Positions 1 through 11,421 of a DNA stretch of 64,000 bases are shown piece after piece. Position 1 is the stretch's first letter, and each line of letters begins with the position of its first letter. The DNA is taken from positions 96,001-160,000 of the forward strand of contig JBFPLN010000005.1 of NCBI GenBank assembly GCA_051971635.1. Direction: 5' to 3'. The stretch comes from Candidatus Atelocyanobacterium thalassae (GTDB lineage: Bacteria > Cyanobacteriota > Cyanobacteriia > Cyanobacteriales > Microcystaceae). A program made the position numbers and the translations under genes. A model generated the notes under the pieces. The model made no database searches, was not told where the DNA came from, and saw nothing but the letters and a program-made list of their open reading frames with translations.

Positions 1-1194
1 AGATAGACTGTGAACGAGTTTTCCGAAAATATTTTCTAGAGGAATATATTCTCCCAAAGGAACTAATTTAACCTTATCAAACCTACTTAAAATTTTTCCA
101 TTTTCTATGACTGTGAAAAGACTATTAGTATAACCAGTTTTTTTGCTACCTAATGCACCTAAAATAACAGGAACTTTATGCTCTATAATTTGTTGTAAAA
201 AACTATTCTTGAGAACATATTGTATGTTAAAAGGTAAAGCAACTTCTGGAGTTATTATTAAATCAACTTCCTGGTTTGCTAGAATTTCATAGCCATTACT
301 ATAGTTCTTAAGAGATCTAATTTTCCCCTCAGGATTTAGTTTAATAGTATTAGGAATGTTTCCTTGTATTATTCCAATTTTAATTTTTTTGTTATTAAAA
401 TCTAAAACTCTATGGTTGTATAAAAACAAACCATATAAATGTGAAGAAAATATAGTAATTATACTTAGAGAGAATAGTAATAAGAATTGCTTTTTATTTT
501 TATTTATTATTAATACTGATTCTGATATTAACCCATTAATTGCAACAATTAATGCTGTTACTGTTGAATGACCTGAAAGTTTCGTTAGTTGCAAAATAGC
601 TAAGTTATTTGGACTTTGCGTATAGGATAAAGAAGTCCACCATAAAGGACTTTGATTCCAGATCATCTCTAAAATACACCAAATTGCAATTCCGAAAATA
701 ATTCTTTTAAAAGATTGAATCAACGAAGAAGTAAAAAATGTAGTTTTTTGAAGAGATATTTTCCTTATGTTTTTGCTATTAGTTTCTTTTATGTAACTAT
801 CAGTATGCCAATACATAAGAACTGACCAAATGACTACTAATATAATTCCCCAACATGTTACTGACAGCCAACATAAGGTTGCAATTACAAGACTTGATAC
901 CCAAGAAATCCCCATCCATGTCATAGGATGTAAACTTGTTATCCAAAATAAGCTAAAACCATGATAAGAAAAGCCCCAAACTATTGCTGTTAAAATTTTT
1001 TCATCAATTTTTTTTTTTGACCTTAATTTACTTTTCTCATTTTTTCTACTCCTATAGTTTATATATTTATTTTTTTCATACACTATAGATATCCATAGTG
1101 GGACTAATGCTATCCATGCAAAATAAAACTTAGAGAATGGGGCAGTAGCTAATCCCATTAACAAGCCGCTAAAACCTACCAATAAAACTCTCAT
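1..1194 (-). CDS. lnt: Apolipoprotein N-acyltransferase (3' end runs off window)
   Basis: Absent from ORF track; manual translation from ATG at 1194: MRVLLVGFSGLLMGLATAP...FWITSLHPMTWMG...SPLWWTSLSYTQSP...QGNIPNTIK...KVKLVPLGEYIP. The segments translated stay in one frame down to position 1 and match cyanobacterial Lnt motifs. Confidence 0.93.
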   Translation of the reverse strand, partial: MRVLLVGFSGLLMGLATAPFSKFYFAWIALVPLWISIVYEKNKYINYRSRKNEKSKLRSKKKIDEKILTAIVWGFSYHGFSLFWITSLHPMTWMGISWVSSLVIATLCWLSVTCWGIILVVIWSVLMYWHTDSYIKETNSKNIRKISLQKTTFFTSSLIQSFKRIIFGIAIWCILEMIWNQSPLWWTSLSYTQSPNNLAILQLTKLSGHSTVTALIVAINGLISESVLIINKNKKQFLLLFSLSIITIFSSHLYGLFLYNHRVLDFNNKKIKIGIIQGNIPNTIKLNPEGKIRSLKNYSNGYEILANQEVDLIITPEVALPFNIQYVLKNSFLQQIIEHKVPVILGALGSKKTGYTNSLFTVIENGKILSRFDKVKLVPLGEYIPLENIFGKLVHSLS

Positions 1195-1227
1195 ATTAAC
1201 ATTTCAATTTTTTATGCTGAGATATAT

Positions 1228-1788
1228 TTAAAACATGTTTTCTGTTGTTAAACAAATGGACATTGCTTTAATATGATCAATATCTCTTACTTCTTTTATC
1301 GTAGCAATTACACACTCAGCATAAAGTCCTGGATTTAAGCTAGAACGACAAGAATCTAATAAAGTTAATGAATTTATTTTATTTGTATCCAAATTAGAAT
1401 TAATATCTATTTGATTAGGAAATATTTTATAAATACTAGCGACACAATTACCCAGATCTATCGGTCTTCTTACTTGAAAACACGCTCTTAAAGAATCATT
1501 ACCATTAATTTGAATTATATTTCCTATAATACTCACACATTGAGATAGTTCTTTAGGAATAAGTGCATCAGAGCAAGCAGTTGCTGCATCTTCTCCTAAT
1601 ATTGAAAATTTTTGCAATTGATTAATACAAACACTATATTGATTCCAAGAATTTTGTGCATTTCCATAAGCACTAAAAGGAACAATATAAAGGTTAATTA
1701 TGAATGATCCAATGCAAGCTTTTAATAAGTTGAATTTATGTTTCAGTAAAATCATTAAGCAAGAATGAAAATTGTTGATGTCTAACAA
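1228..1788 (-). CDS. Conserved cyanobacterial Cys-rich hypothetical protein, probably exported
   Basis: 186 aa ORF, hydrophobic N-terminal segment, repeated C-x(n)-P-x-x-L-x-x-C-V pattern. Confidence 0.7.
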   Translation of the reverse strand: MLDINNFHSCLMILLKHKFNLLKACIGSFIINLYIVPFSAYGNAQNSWNQYSVCINQLQKFSILGEDAATACSDALIPKELSQCVSIIGNIIQINGNDSLRACFQVRRPIDLGNCVASIYKIFPNQIDINSNLDTNKINSLTLLDSCRSSLNPGLYAECVIATIKEVRDIDHIKAMSICLTTENMF

Positions 1789-1985
1789 ATCTTAATCACT
1801 AAAAAAGTGTAAATAAAGTTAATAGTTAATAAATTTATTTGCAAATGCTTTTTCTTAAGACTAGGTAGTGTCTTATAAAATTTCTTTTATTAACTGAATA
1901 ACTTTCAATTCAATAAATAATATGGTTATAAAAGTAAAAATAATTACTATCACCTAATTAAATAGGAGATTAATTTTAATAAATT

Positions 1986-2786
1986 TTATAATAGTGGGTC
2001 AAACCGGAAAAAAACGGCAACTTTTAGCATGTTATCTCTGACGTTAAGATTTATAATTCTTGTTACCAGACCTTGCTTTTCCAGAGTTTTTAAGTTCAGT
2101 TTTTCATTGATTCCGATTGTCAAAAAGTTTAAAAAACGTTTTGATAATTTTCTTTTGTTAAGGGTAGCACTTAAATTTGTTAACTTTATTAAGTATCCTT
2201 TTTCTACCTCGAAACCAACTTCTGTTGTAATTATTAGTTCATTTTTTGTTTTTTTAGAGTTTGAATCTTCTTCTAATTCAACCTCTAAGCCTATATAGTT
2301 TTTCCTAATAAAGTTTGCACGTAATGCAACTATTCTAAACCGAGGAGCTTGACGAGGTAATAAATCATTTATTAATTCTTGTAATTTAGACTTAATGTTC
2401 TGTGATTCTAACGCTTGATTAAAATCTCTTTCTTTTACTGTTATTTTGAAGGCACCTTGAAGCGGTTTCTTGAACAGTGATCGTAAGTCTTCAATTTTTT
2501 CAATCTGCTGAATCTGATCAATATTAATATCAATTGGATCAGTCTCTAGTTCAAAAGAATCTATTTTAAGATTTCTAATAACTTCAATTTTACGGCTTGC
2601 GATAGAAATATGATCAAATTTTCCGTTCACTACTTTGTAGCTTGGAGTATTATCAATACGAACTAGCAATTCTTCTACATTTACTACTTGAGAACGCAAT
2701 TCATTTTCAATAACATTATCAACGATAATTCCAATAGGAGAAACAGCTGTTATTAAACTGGATAAAAAAATAGTGAACCATTCCAT
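1986..2786 (-). CDS. DUF2993 / LmeA-like protein
   Basis: N-terminal MEWFTIFLSSL anchor and VRIDNTPSY motif as seen in cyanobacterial DUF2993 proteins. Confidence 0.7.
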   Translation of the reverse strand: MEWFTIFLSSLITAVSPIGIIVDNVIENELRSQVVNVEELLVRIDNTPSYKVVNGKFDHISIASRKIEVIRNLKIDSFELETDPIDINIDQIQQIEKIEDLRSLFKKPLQGAFKITVKERDFNQALESQNIKSKLQELINDLLPRQAPRFRIVALRANFIRKNYIGLEVELEEDSNSKKTKNELIITTEVGFEVEKGYLIKLTNLSATLNKRKLSKRFLNFLTIGINEKLNLKTLEKQGLVTRIINLNVRDNMLKVAVFFRFDPLL

Positions 2787-2841
2787 AAAGCAATTATTTT
2801 ATTAGATATATTTAAAGAAGAAGAAAATAATTAGGAATTGA

Positions 2842-3156
2842 TTAATCGTTTAAAATCCATTCAGAATCTTTATCCCTGAAACTTAAAGGAATACTAACAG
2901 CTTTTCCTAAACGAGGTCTTTCTTTGGTAGTTTGTACATATGAAATAATTTCTTGTTCACTTCCCCAAGCAGTTATATAGTTAGCAACAGCATCAAAATG
3001 CTTAAAATATTCCTGTTCAGTCATCGGGAAAGATGCTTGTTCAAGATACTTCCACATTATTTGACAAAAAATTTGTTCTTTGACTTTTTTTAACTGAATA
3101 TCATAAGATTTATTCCATTTACTATAAAGTAACTCATACAATTCTTTCCCAGTCAT
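2842..3156 (-). CDS. DUF3067 family protein
   Basis: KW..SYDIQL, QIMWKYLEQASFP and RPRLGKAVSIPL motifs. Confidence 0.85.
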   Translation of the reverse strand: MTGKELYELLYSKWNKSYDIQLKKVKEQIFCQIMWKYLEQASFPMTEQEYFKHFDAVANYITAWGSEQEIISYVQTTKERPRLGKAVSIPLSFRDKDSEWILND

Positions 3157-3360
3157 GTTTTTTGCAACTCCTAGTTAAAGACTTTCATAATAGGTTATAA
3201 CAAAAGTTCGAAGAATGTGGGCAATATATATCCTAAATAGAATAATTTAATTAACTAAATTATATATAAAATCACATTATTAATTATATATATTAAAAAA
3301 TAACTAATTCTTTGATTCTTATTCTTTATGAACACTTTATATAAGTTTTGTTGACAAAAC

Positions 3361-4719
3361 TTATATAAAGTATTCATAAACTTGCTCAAATAATAGTTTT
3401 AGTTGAACAGAATTAGAAGCTTTAAAGAGTATACGATCTCCTTTCCTAATATCATTAATCAATTGTTTTACTAATCTTTTTTGATCCAGAAAACAGTTTA
3501 CTTTAATGTTATCAACACCATCGGCAATAGCCTTAGCTTCATGATCGCTAATTAATATATAGAGTATGTCAATCTCTAATTTTTGTGCTGCTTCTCCTAC
3601 TTCACGATGAAATTGAGGAGAATTTTTACCTAGTTCTTTCATCGCACCTAAAACAGCAATATGTCTTTTACCTGGGATATCTTTAAGCATTTGTAAAGAT
3701 GCTTTCATTGATTCTAGGTTTGCATTATATGTTTCATCTAGTAGGATAATATTTCCTGGTAAATGATATTTTTGTGATCGACCTTGGGGGATCTCGACTT
3801 TAAACTGTTTTGCAAGTATTTTTAAATCTAAATTTAAACTTTTAGTTACTGCCAAAGCCGCTAAATAATTAATAGCATTATGGCGGCCAGATAAAGGTAG
3901 AGGAAAATTGATACCTTCAACTTTTAAAGTTGTATCATTTATTAGTTTTCCAGTAACATTTCCTTTCTTTAAACCGTAAGTAATTGTTTTACCCTTCCAT
4001 ATCTGGGATGCTGTTCTCATGAGTAATTCATCATCATGATTAAGAATAGCTATACTATTAGCTGGCATTTCAGACAATAACTCACACTTTGCTTGAGCAA
4101 TAGCTTCTTTAGAGCCTAATCTTCCAATATGAGCTGTTCCAATATTAGTAATAATGCCAATATTAGGCTGAATAATTTTTGTCAATAAACGAATTTCTCC
4201 CGAGCCTCTCATACCCATCTCGATTACAGCAAAGTTATGATGTTGAGATATTTGCAGAAGAGTGCGCGGTACGCCAATTTCATTATTATTATTAGCATAA
4301 GTTTTATGAACTTTTCCGTACATTGCTAAAGATGCTGCTATCAATTCTTTTGTAGTAGTTTTCCCAACTGATCCAGTGATAGCAATAATAGGAATTTTGT
4401 ATTTATTCCTCCACCAATTCGCTATTTGCTGATAAGCTTTTAACGTACTGTTGACTACTATCTGGGAAATTTTATATACAGTATTTACTACAGCTTTTTT
4501 CTCAAGGATAAGAACACTTGCTCCTTTATCTATTGCTTGTCTAACAAATAAATGTCCATCAAAATTTTCTCCACATAATGCTAAAAATGCATCACCTCTC
4601 TTAATTTCACGAGTATCTGTACTAATAGAATTAATGTTGTTGAATAGTGATAAATTTAAACATGATTTTTGCTGCTGATAATTATCTTCTAAAATAGTAA
4701 CAAGCTCATTAACATCCAT
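3361..4719 (-). CDS. murF: UDP-N-acetylmuramoyl-tripeptide--D-Ala-D-Ala ligase
   Basis: ITGSVGKTTTKE P-loop, NNEIGVP, EMGM, DETYNAN, GAMKELG, KASNS. Confidence 0.97.
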   Translation of the reverse strand: MDVNELVTILEDNYQQQKSCLNLSLFNNINSISTDTREIKRGDAFLALCGENFDGHLFVRQAIDKGASVLILEKKAVVNTVYKISQIVVNSTLKAYQQIANWWRNKYKIPIIAITGSVGKTTTKELIAASLAMYGKVHKTYANNNNEIGVPRTLLQISQHHNFAVIEMGMRGSGEIRLLTKIIQPNIGIITNIGTAHIGRLGSKEAIAQAKCELLSEMPANSIAILNHDDELLMRTASQIWKGKTITYGLKKGNVTGKLINDTTLKVEGINFPLPLSGRHNAINYLAALAVTKSLNLDLKILAKQFKVEIPQGRSQKYHLPGNIILLDETYNANLESMKASLQMLKDIPGKRHIAVLGAMKELGKNSPQFHREVGEAAQKLEIDILYILISDHEAKAIADGVDNIKVNCFLDQKRLVKQLINDIRKGDRILFKASNSVQLKLLFEQVYEYFI

Positions 4720-4981
4720 CTAATTACCCTAATAATTAAATTATAGTTTTTAAAAAATTATTGATAGTATTATTAAAAGATATTTTGAAAATATCTTCAT
4801 TGTCTAAAAAATTAAATAAAATTTAATAGTAATCATATCTCTTGATTTACAAGATATCAATATTTAAAACATAATATAAAAACATTGAAAATAATCAAAT
4901 TAGCTTTGATACAAATATAGAAACTTAAAAAGTTAGTGATAGTCTAAGTACTTAAATCTTAAAAACTTCAAAAAAATAATC

Positions 4982-6496
4982 ATGGTAAAACTGTACGAAC
5001 TATTAAAAAAAGTTCCTAGTATTATCCAAATACCAATACATAAATCTCTAGATGAAGAAGTTCGCGGAATTTCTACCAATTCTCATTCTTGTCAACAGAA
5101 AGAAATTTTCATTGGTATGCCAGGGACTCGTGTAGATGGAGGAGAATTTTGGCAAAGTGCCATCAAAGCTGGAGCCGTTGCAGTTGTAATAAGTCCTCAA
5201 GCAGCTATTAAATTTCCTCCAAACGATCTTTATTGTGTAATTATTGTTGAAGATGTAATACTTACAGCTTCCGAAATTGCTGAAGCTTTTTATTCTTATC
5301 CTTCTAAAAAGCTAAAAATGGTTGGAATAACAGGTACAAATGGGAAAACTACTACTACACATTTAATTGAATATTTTTTGACTGAATGTAAAAAAAATAC
5401 TGCTCTTATAGGAACTTTATACTCTCGCTGGAATGGCTTTAAGCAGACTTCGATTCATACAACCCCTTTTTCTCCTGAATTACAAGAACAATTATCTCAG
5501 GCAGTAGTTGATAAAAATGAATATTGTGTGATTGAAGTAAGTTCTCATGCCTTAATTCAAGGAAGAGTAAAAGGATGTAGCTTTGACGTAAGTGTATTTA
5601 CGAACTTAACACAAGATCATTTAGATTTTCATCAAAATTTAGAAAATTATTTCTTTGCAAAACAATTACTATTTAGTCCAGAATATTTGCAGGGGAAAGC
5701 AATCATAAATATAGACGATCCCTACGGGGAAAGGCTCATCCGAAGCTTAAATTCTCAGCAAGTATACAGCTATAGTATTGAAAACAATCTTGCTGATTTT
5801 TATACAACCAACCTTAACTATAAATATGATAGAGTTGAAGGAGTTTTACAAACACCTGTCGGAAGTTTTGAATTTCAATCTCCTTTAATAGGCAAATTCA
5901 ATTTGTCAAATTTATTAGCTGCGATTGCAACATTATTTCAACTAAATATTAATTTAGAGACAGCTATTAAAAAACTACCTTATTTTTCTGGTGTTCCTGG
6001 AAGAATGGAGAAGATACAAGTAAGTAACATACAAGATATTACTGTAATTGTTGATTATGCTCATACACCTGATAGTTTAGAAAATCTTTTAAAAGCTACT
6101 CGCCCTTTTATTAGTGGAAAAATAATATGTGTCTTTGGTTGTGGTGGTGATCGCGATAGGACAAAGCGTCCTATTATGGGTAAAATATGTGCAAACTTAG
6201 CTGATATTTCAGTTTTAACTTCTGATAATCCCAGGACTGAAGAACCTGAACAAATATTATCTGATATATTGAAAGGAGTCCCTCAATCTACAACCTTTTG
6301 GGTAATCAGTAATCGTAGTGAAGCTATTAAAAAAGCTATATTGGAGGCCAAGCCAGGAGATGGAATCTTGATTGCAGGTAAAGGACATGAAAATTATCAA
6401 ATTTTAGGTACAGAAAAGATTTATTTTGACGATAGAGAACAAGCAAAAGAATCATTGGAAAATAGATTTCAGTCACAATATACTTTATCTAACTAA
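4982..6496 (+). CDS. murE: UDP-N-acetylmuramoyl-L-Ala-D-Glu--meso-DAP ligase
   Basis: GITGTNGKTTT, EVSSH, TNLTQDHLDFH, DYAHTPD, DNPR (DAP-specificity motif), AGKGHE. Confidence 0.97.
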   Translation: MVKLYELLKKVPSIIQIPIHKSLDEEVRGISTNSHSCQQKEIFIGMPGTRVDGGEFWQSAIKAGAVAVVISPQAAIKFPPNDLYCVIIVEDVILTASEIAEAFYSYPSKKLKMVGITGTNGKTTTTHLIEYFLTECKKNTALIGTLYSRWNGFKQTSIHTTPFSPELQEQLSQAVVDKNEYCVIEVSSHALIQGRVKGCSFDVSVFTNLTQDHLDFHQNLENYFFAKQLLFSPEYLQGKAIINIDDPYGERLIRSLNSQQVYSYSIENNLADFYTTNLNYKYDRVEGVLQTPVGSFEFQSPLIGKFNLSNLLAAIATLFQLNINLETAIKKLPYFSGVPGRMEKIQVSNIQDITVIVDYAHTPDSLENLLKATRPFISGKIICVFGCGGDRDRTKRPIMGKICANLADISVLTSDNPRTEEPEQILSDILKGVPQSTTFWVISNRSEAIKKAILEAKPGDGILIAGKGHENYQILGTEKIYFDDREQAKESLENRFQSQYTLSN

Positions 6497-6555
6497 GAAT
6501 CTAACTAAGATCTTAGTATTAAAAAATAATTTGGTTTTTTGAAGCTAGTCAAAAT

Positions 6556-6590
6556 ATAGTAATCATAACTAAATAGAGTATGATTACTAT
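6556..6590. terminator. Hairpin between convergent murE and ferredoxin
   Basis: ATAGTAATCATA ... TATGATTACTAT 12-bp inverted repeat. Confidence 0.55.
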
Positions 6591-6680
6591 GGCAAACTAA
6601 ATATTGCTTTTATAGTTAGTGCATCTTATTTATATTTTATGTTTTATAAATTTTAAATAATAAATAAGAAAATCATAATA

Positions 6681-6905
6681 TCATGACATTTCCTGGTATT
6701 CTGGTTTTTCTTCAGCTATGATAGCACCATCTACAGGACAAACTTGTAAACAGATTCCACAGTCGATACAAACTGAAAAGTCAATCCAATACCAAGAAGT
6801 TCCTTTAAGATTTTTACCTGGGCCTTCATGAATGCAAGCGACAGGACAGGCTTCTGCACAATCAGCAATTCCTTCACAAATTTTAGTGATAATAGTATGA
6901 GACAA
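6681..6905 (-). CDS. Bacterial-type dicluster 4Fe-4S ferredoxin
   Basis: CEGIADCAEACP and CIDCGICLQVCP motifs; TTG start preceded by AGGAG. Confidence 0.92.
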   Translation of the reverse strand: MSHTIITKICEGIADCAEACPVACIHEGPGKNLKGTSWYWIDFSVCIDCGICLQVCPVDGAIIAEEKPEYQEMS

Positions 6906-7014
6906 GATAGCACTCCTTTTTAGATAACTTTAAACTACCTTATAACTATATATTGTTAGCTTTATTTAAATTACTTTTTATAAAATTTTGATTAGTAAAA
7001 TTAATTAATACAAA

Positions 7015-8160
7015 ATGTTAAAAAAAATTAGAGACTTATTATCTTCAGAGTTTCCGAGTGTTATTTTTGCTCTATTAGTAGTAGTTTCCGTTACTACATA
7101 CTTTTATTTTATTGAATTCGATCAAAATATTACAGGATTTTTTCGCATTGGCTCTGTTTTGCCTGTTTCACCTTATCTTCACGATACAAATTTACTTATT
7201 TATCAAGACGAAATTGGCTATGATGGCCAACAATTTCTAAACCTAGCTCTTGATCCATTTTTAAATCATTCAGAAACACTTAATTCACTTGATCATCCTG
7301 TATATCGTTATCGAAGAATTTTATATCCATTCATTAGTAATTTATTTGCATTGGGTAATAAGTCTTTAGTCCCTTACATAATGATTGGTATTAATATCGC
7401 TTCAATAACTCTAATAGTCTATGTTATCGGGTTACATTATAAGGAAAACGAACTTATATCTCCACATAAGTCTTTGTTAACATTATGTATTCCAAGTGTT
7501 TGGATAGTATTATCGCTAGGAACGTCTGACTTACTCAGTAGTCTATTTTTAGTGTCTTCTCTCTACTATTACTATAAAGATAATAATAGACTCACAGCCT
7601 TAATGATTTCATTAGGTTGTTTAACCAGAGAAACTTTGCTGGTCGTATGGATTTCTCTTTTTATATCAAGCTTTATTGAAAATAAACATAAACAAATAAA
7701 GTGTTTACTTTATGGAATAATTCCCCCTATCTTATGGACATTTTACATAACATTTTTAGACTTACCTGGGAAAACAAGAGTTGATGATAATTTTGGTATT
7801 CCTTTTGTAGGTATTTTTAATAAGTTCAGTAGTATCTTAATAAATGGAATGAGTGTAAGTAATTTATTTGAACTTTATATGTTTAGTGTATTACTTCTAA
7901 GCTTTGTCATTATTCCTCTATCTGTAAAAAATAATAATAACCATAATATATTGATACAAATTTGCAATATTTTTTATGGAACTATACTTATTTTTAGCAG
8001 TTTTACAGTACTTGGTTATTACTTAGATTATTCAAGAGTTTTTATGGATGTTTATTTTTTATTATTATTTAGCCTAAAATATATTGAGACTCATACAAGA
8101 AATTTTCTAATTTATTATATGAGTTTCGCAAGTTGTTTATTTTTAATATTTCATTCTTAA
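7015..8160 (+). CDS. Polytopic membrane protein, GT-C-like (AZOBR_p60025-type surface glycopolymer protein)
   Basis: GYDGQ.F..LALDP and LDHPVYRYRRILYP loop motifs, LTRET motif, many TM segments. Confidence 0.7.
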   Translation: MLKKIRDLLSSEFPSVIFALLVVVSVTTYFYFIEFDQNITGFFRIGSVLPVSPYLHDTNLLIYQDEIGYDGQQFLNLALDPFLNHSETLNSLDHPVYRYRRILYPFISNLFALGNKSLVPYIMIGINIASITLIVYVIGLHYKENELISPHKSLLTLCIPSVWIVLSLGTSDLLSSLFLVSSLYYYYKDNNRLTALMISLGCLTRETLLVVWISLFISSFIENKHKQIKCLLYGIIPPILWTFYITFLDLPGKTRVDDNFGIPFVGIFNKFSSILINGMSVSNLFELYMFSVLLLSFVIIPLSVKNNNNHNILIQICNIFYGTILIFSSFTVLGYYLDYSRVFMDVYFLLLFSLKYIETHTRNFLIYYMSFASCLFLIFHS

Positions 8161-8530
8161 CTTAACGAATGACTATTAATATAATTTAAGATTGGAATCT
8201 TATTCTTATGAAACAAAATCCTAATCATTAAGGCAATATGTAATTTTTCGCGACTCTGTACATATATTGTGTAAACTTATTCATAATTTTTAATTCTTAA
8301 GTAAGAAACTTTATTTTTGAATATGTAACAGCTTATATAAAAAAAATTCAAACCTTAACAATTATTTTTCCAATGAATAGAATACTTATTAATTAATGTT
8401 TAGTCTGCATTGGAATTCTTCGCTCTTTGCCTCATAATTTGATTAACAAGACTTATGCATTTGCTTTTTCATAAAGCATAACATTAGACTCAAAATTTTA
8501 CTTCACTGATAATAATAGGAGATTTAATCA

Positions 8531-9400
8531 ATGACTTTAACACTTGCAGTTTATGGAAAAGGTGGTATCGGGAAATCGACAACAAGCTGTAACATCTCTA
8601 CAGCATTAGCTAAAAGAGGGAAAAAAGTATTACAGATAGGTTGTGACCCAAAGCATGATAGTACTTTTACTCTGACTGGATTTTTAATACCAACTATTAT
8701 TGATACTTTACAAGAAAAAGATTTTCATTATGAAGATATTTGGCCTGAGGATGTTATTTACAAAGGATATGCTGGAGTAGATTGTGTAGAAGCAGGAGGT
8801 CCCCCCGCTGGAGCAGGTTGTGGAGGATATGTTGTTGGCGAAACTGTAAAGCTACTCAAAGAATTAAATGCTTTTGATGAGTATGATGTTATCTTATTTG
8901 ATGTTTTAGGTGATGTTGTGTGCGGAGGATTCGCAGCACCATTAAATTATTCAGATTATTGTCTAATAGTTACAGATAACGGTTTTGATGCCTTGTTTGC
9001 GGCAAATCGTATTGCAGCATCTGTTAGAGAAAAAGCCAGAACTCATTCATTACGCTTAGCTGGATTAATAGGGAATCGTACTTCTCAGCGCGACTTGATT
9101 GACAAATATATAGAGTCAGTACCAATTCCTGTATTAGAAATACTTCCGCTTATTGAAGAAATTCGGGTATCCCGTGTTAAAGGACAAACTTTATTTGAAA
9201 TGGCTGATAAAGATCCTTCACTTGAATATGTTTGTGATTATTATTTAAATATTGCAGATCAGTTACTAGCAATGCCTGAAGGAGTTATACCTAATGATGC
9301 TCAAGATAGAGAACTATTTACGTTATTGTCCGACTTTTATCTTAATCCTGAGCAATCCTCAGGTACTCAAAATCAAGAATTAGATCTAATGATGGTTTAG
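8531..9400 (+). CDS. chlL: Light-independent protochlorophyllide reductase Fe protein
   Basis: [56 protein letters not shown]. Confidence 0.98.
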   Translation: MTLTLAVYGKGGIGKSTTSCNISTALAKRGKKVLQIGCDPKHDSTFTLTGFLIPTIIDTLQEKDFHYEDIWPEDVIYKGYAGVDCVEAGGPPAGAGCGGYVVGETVKLLKELNAFDEYDVILFDVLGDVVCGGFAAPLNYSDYCLIVTDNGFDALFAANRIAASVREKARTHSLRLAGLIGNRTSQRDLIDKYIESVPIPVLEILPLIEEIRVSRVKGQTLFEMADKDPSLEYVCDYYLNIADQLLAMPEGVIPNDAQDRELFTLLSDFYLNPEQSSGTQNQELDLMMV

Positions 9401-9550
9401 ATTTATAGTGCACTTTATAAAATATTTTTTAAAGAAATTTAAAGTGCACATCTTAAATCTTGACAAAAATTTTACAGAGATATCTCATTAGATTATCTTT
9501 AAGTGCAAAAAAAAATATTTTATATAAAACTCAAAATAGGGGCAATCTAA

Positions 9551-10951
<1,401 letters not shown>

Positions 10952-11163
10952 GCTGGTTAAACAGTCTTAGTAGAAAATATTAGATTTTTGTGAACAAAAT
11001 TCTAATTAATACTCTAAAACTGTAGGGAAATGAGAAACATGATAGTTTTATATTTTTTATTTCTCTACAAAAAATATAAAATTTTATATTTAGCACAATA
11101 TACGTTTTATATATGCACTATTGAAAGTTTAGATATTTATATACCCAAGAGTTGTACTAAGCA

Positions 11164-11403
11164 TCACCATCCTGTGTCAGTGTATAGGCTAATATTTAAG
11201 AACTCATTTCCTGAAGGAATTGAACTAATACAAGCACAAATGCTATTACCTTCCTCTAACTCTATCTCGCACGCATGACAGTATCCCATTAAGCATCCAG
11301 TAGGAATGTTAATACCAGCACGTTTCGCCACTTCAAGGATTGGCTCTCCTGCTTCAGCTTCAATATTAATATTATTAGGTAAAAAACTGACTTGAACTTT
11401 CAT
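11164..11403 (-). CDS. 2Fe-2S ferredoxin-like protein
   Basis: IPTGCLMGYCHACE...ICAC motif; follows cobQ on the same strand. Confidence 0.88.
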   Translation of the reverse strand: MKVQVSFLPNNINIEAEAGEPILEVAKRAGINIPTGCLMGYCHACEIELEEGNSICACISSIPSGNEFLNISLYTDTGW

Positions 11404-11421
11404 AAGGTGTTTTTTAAGTAG

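Noticed and set aside
356..571. 71-aa plus-strand ORF
   Set aside because: Antisense shadow inside lnt.
8324..8337. GTA-N8-TAT upstream of chlL as an NtcA box
   Set aside because: Imperfect match to GTA-N8-TAC in very AT-rich DNA; not distinguishable from chance.
8531..9400. chlL as nifH
   Set aside because: The DPKHDST and PPAGAGCGG motifs and linkage to chlN identify it as ChlL.
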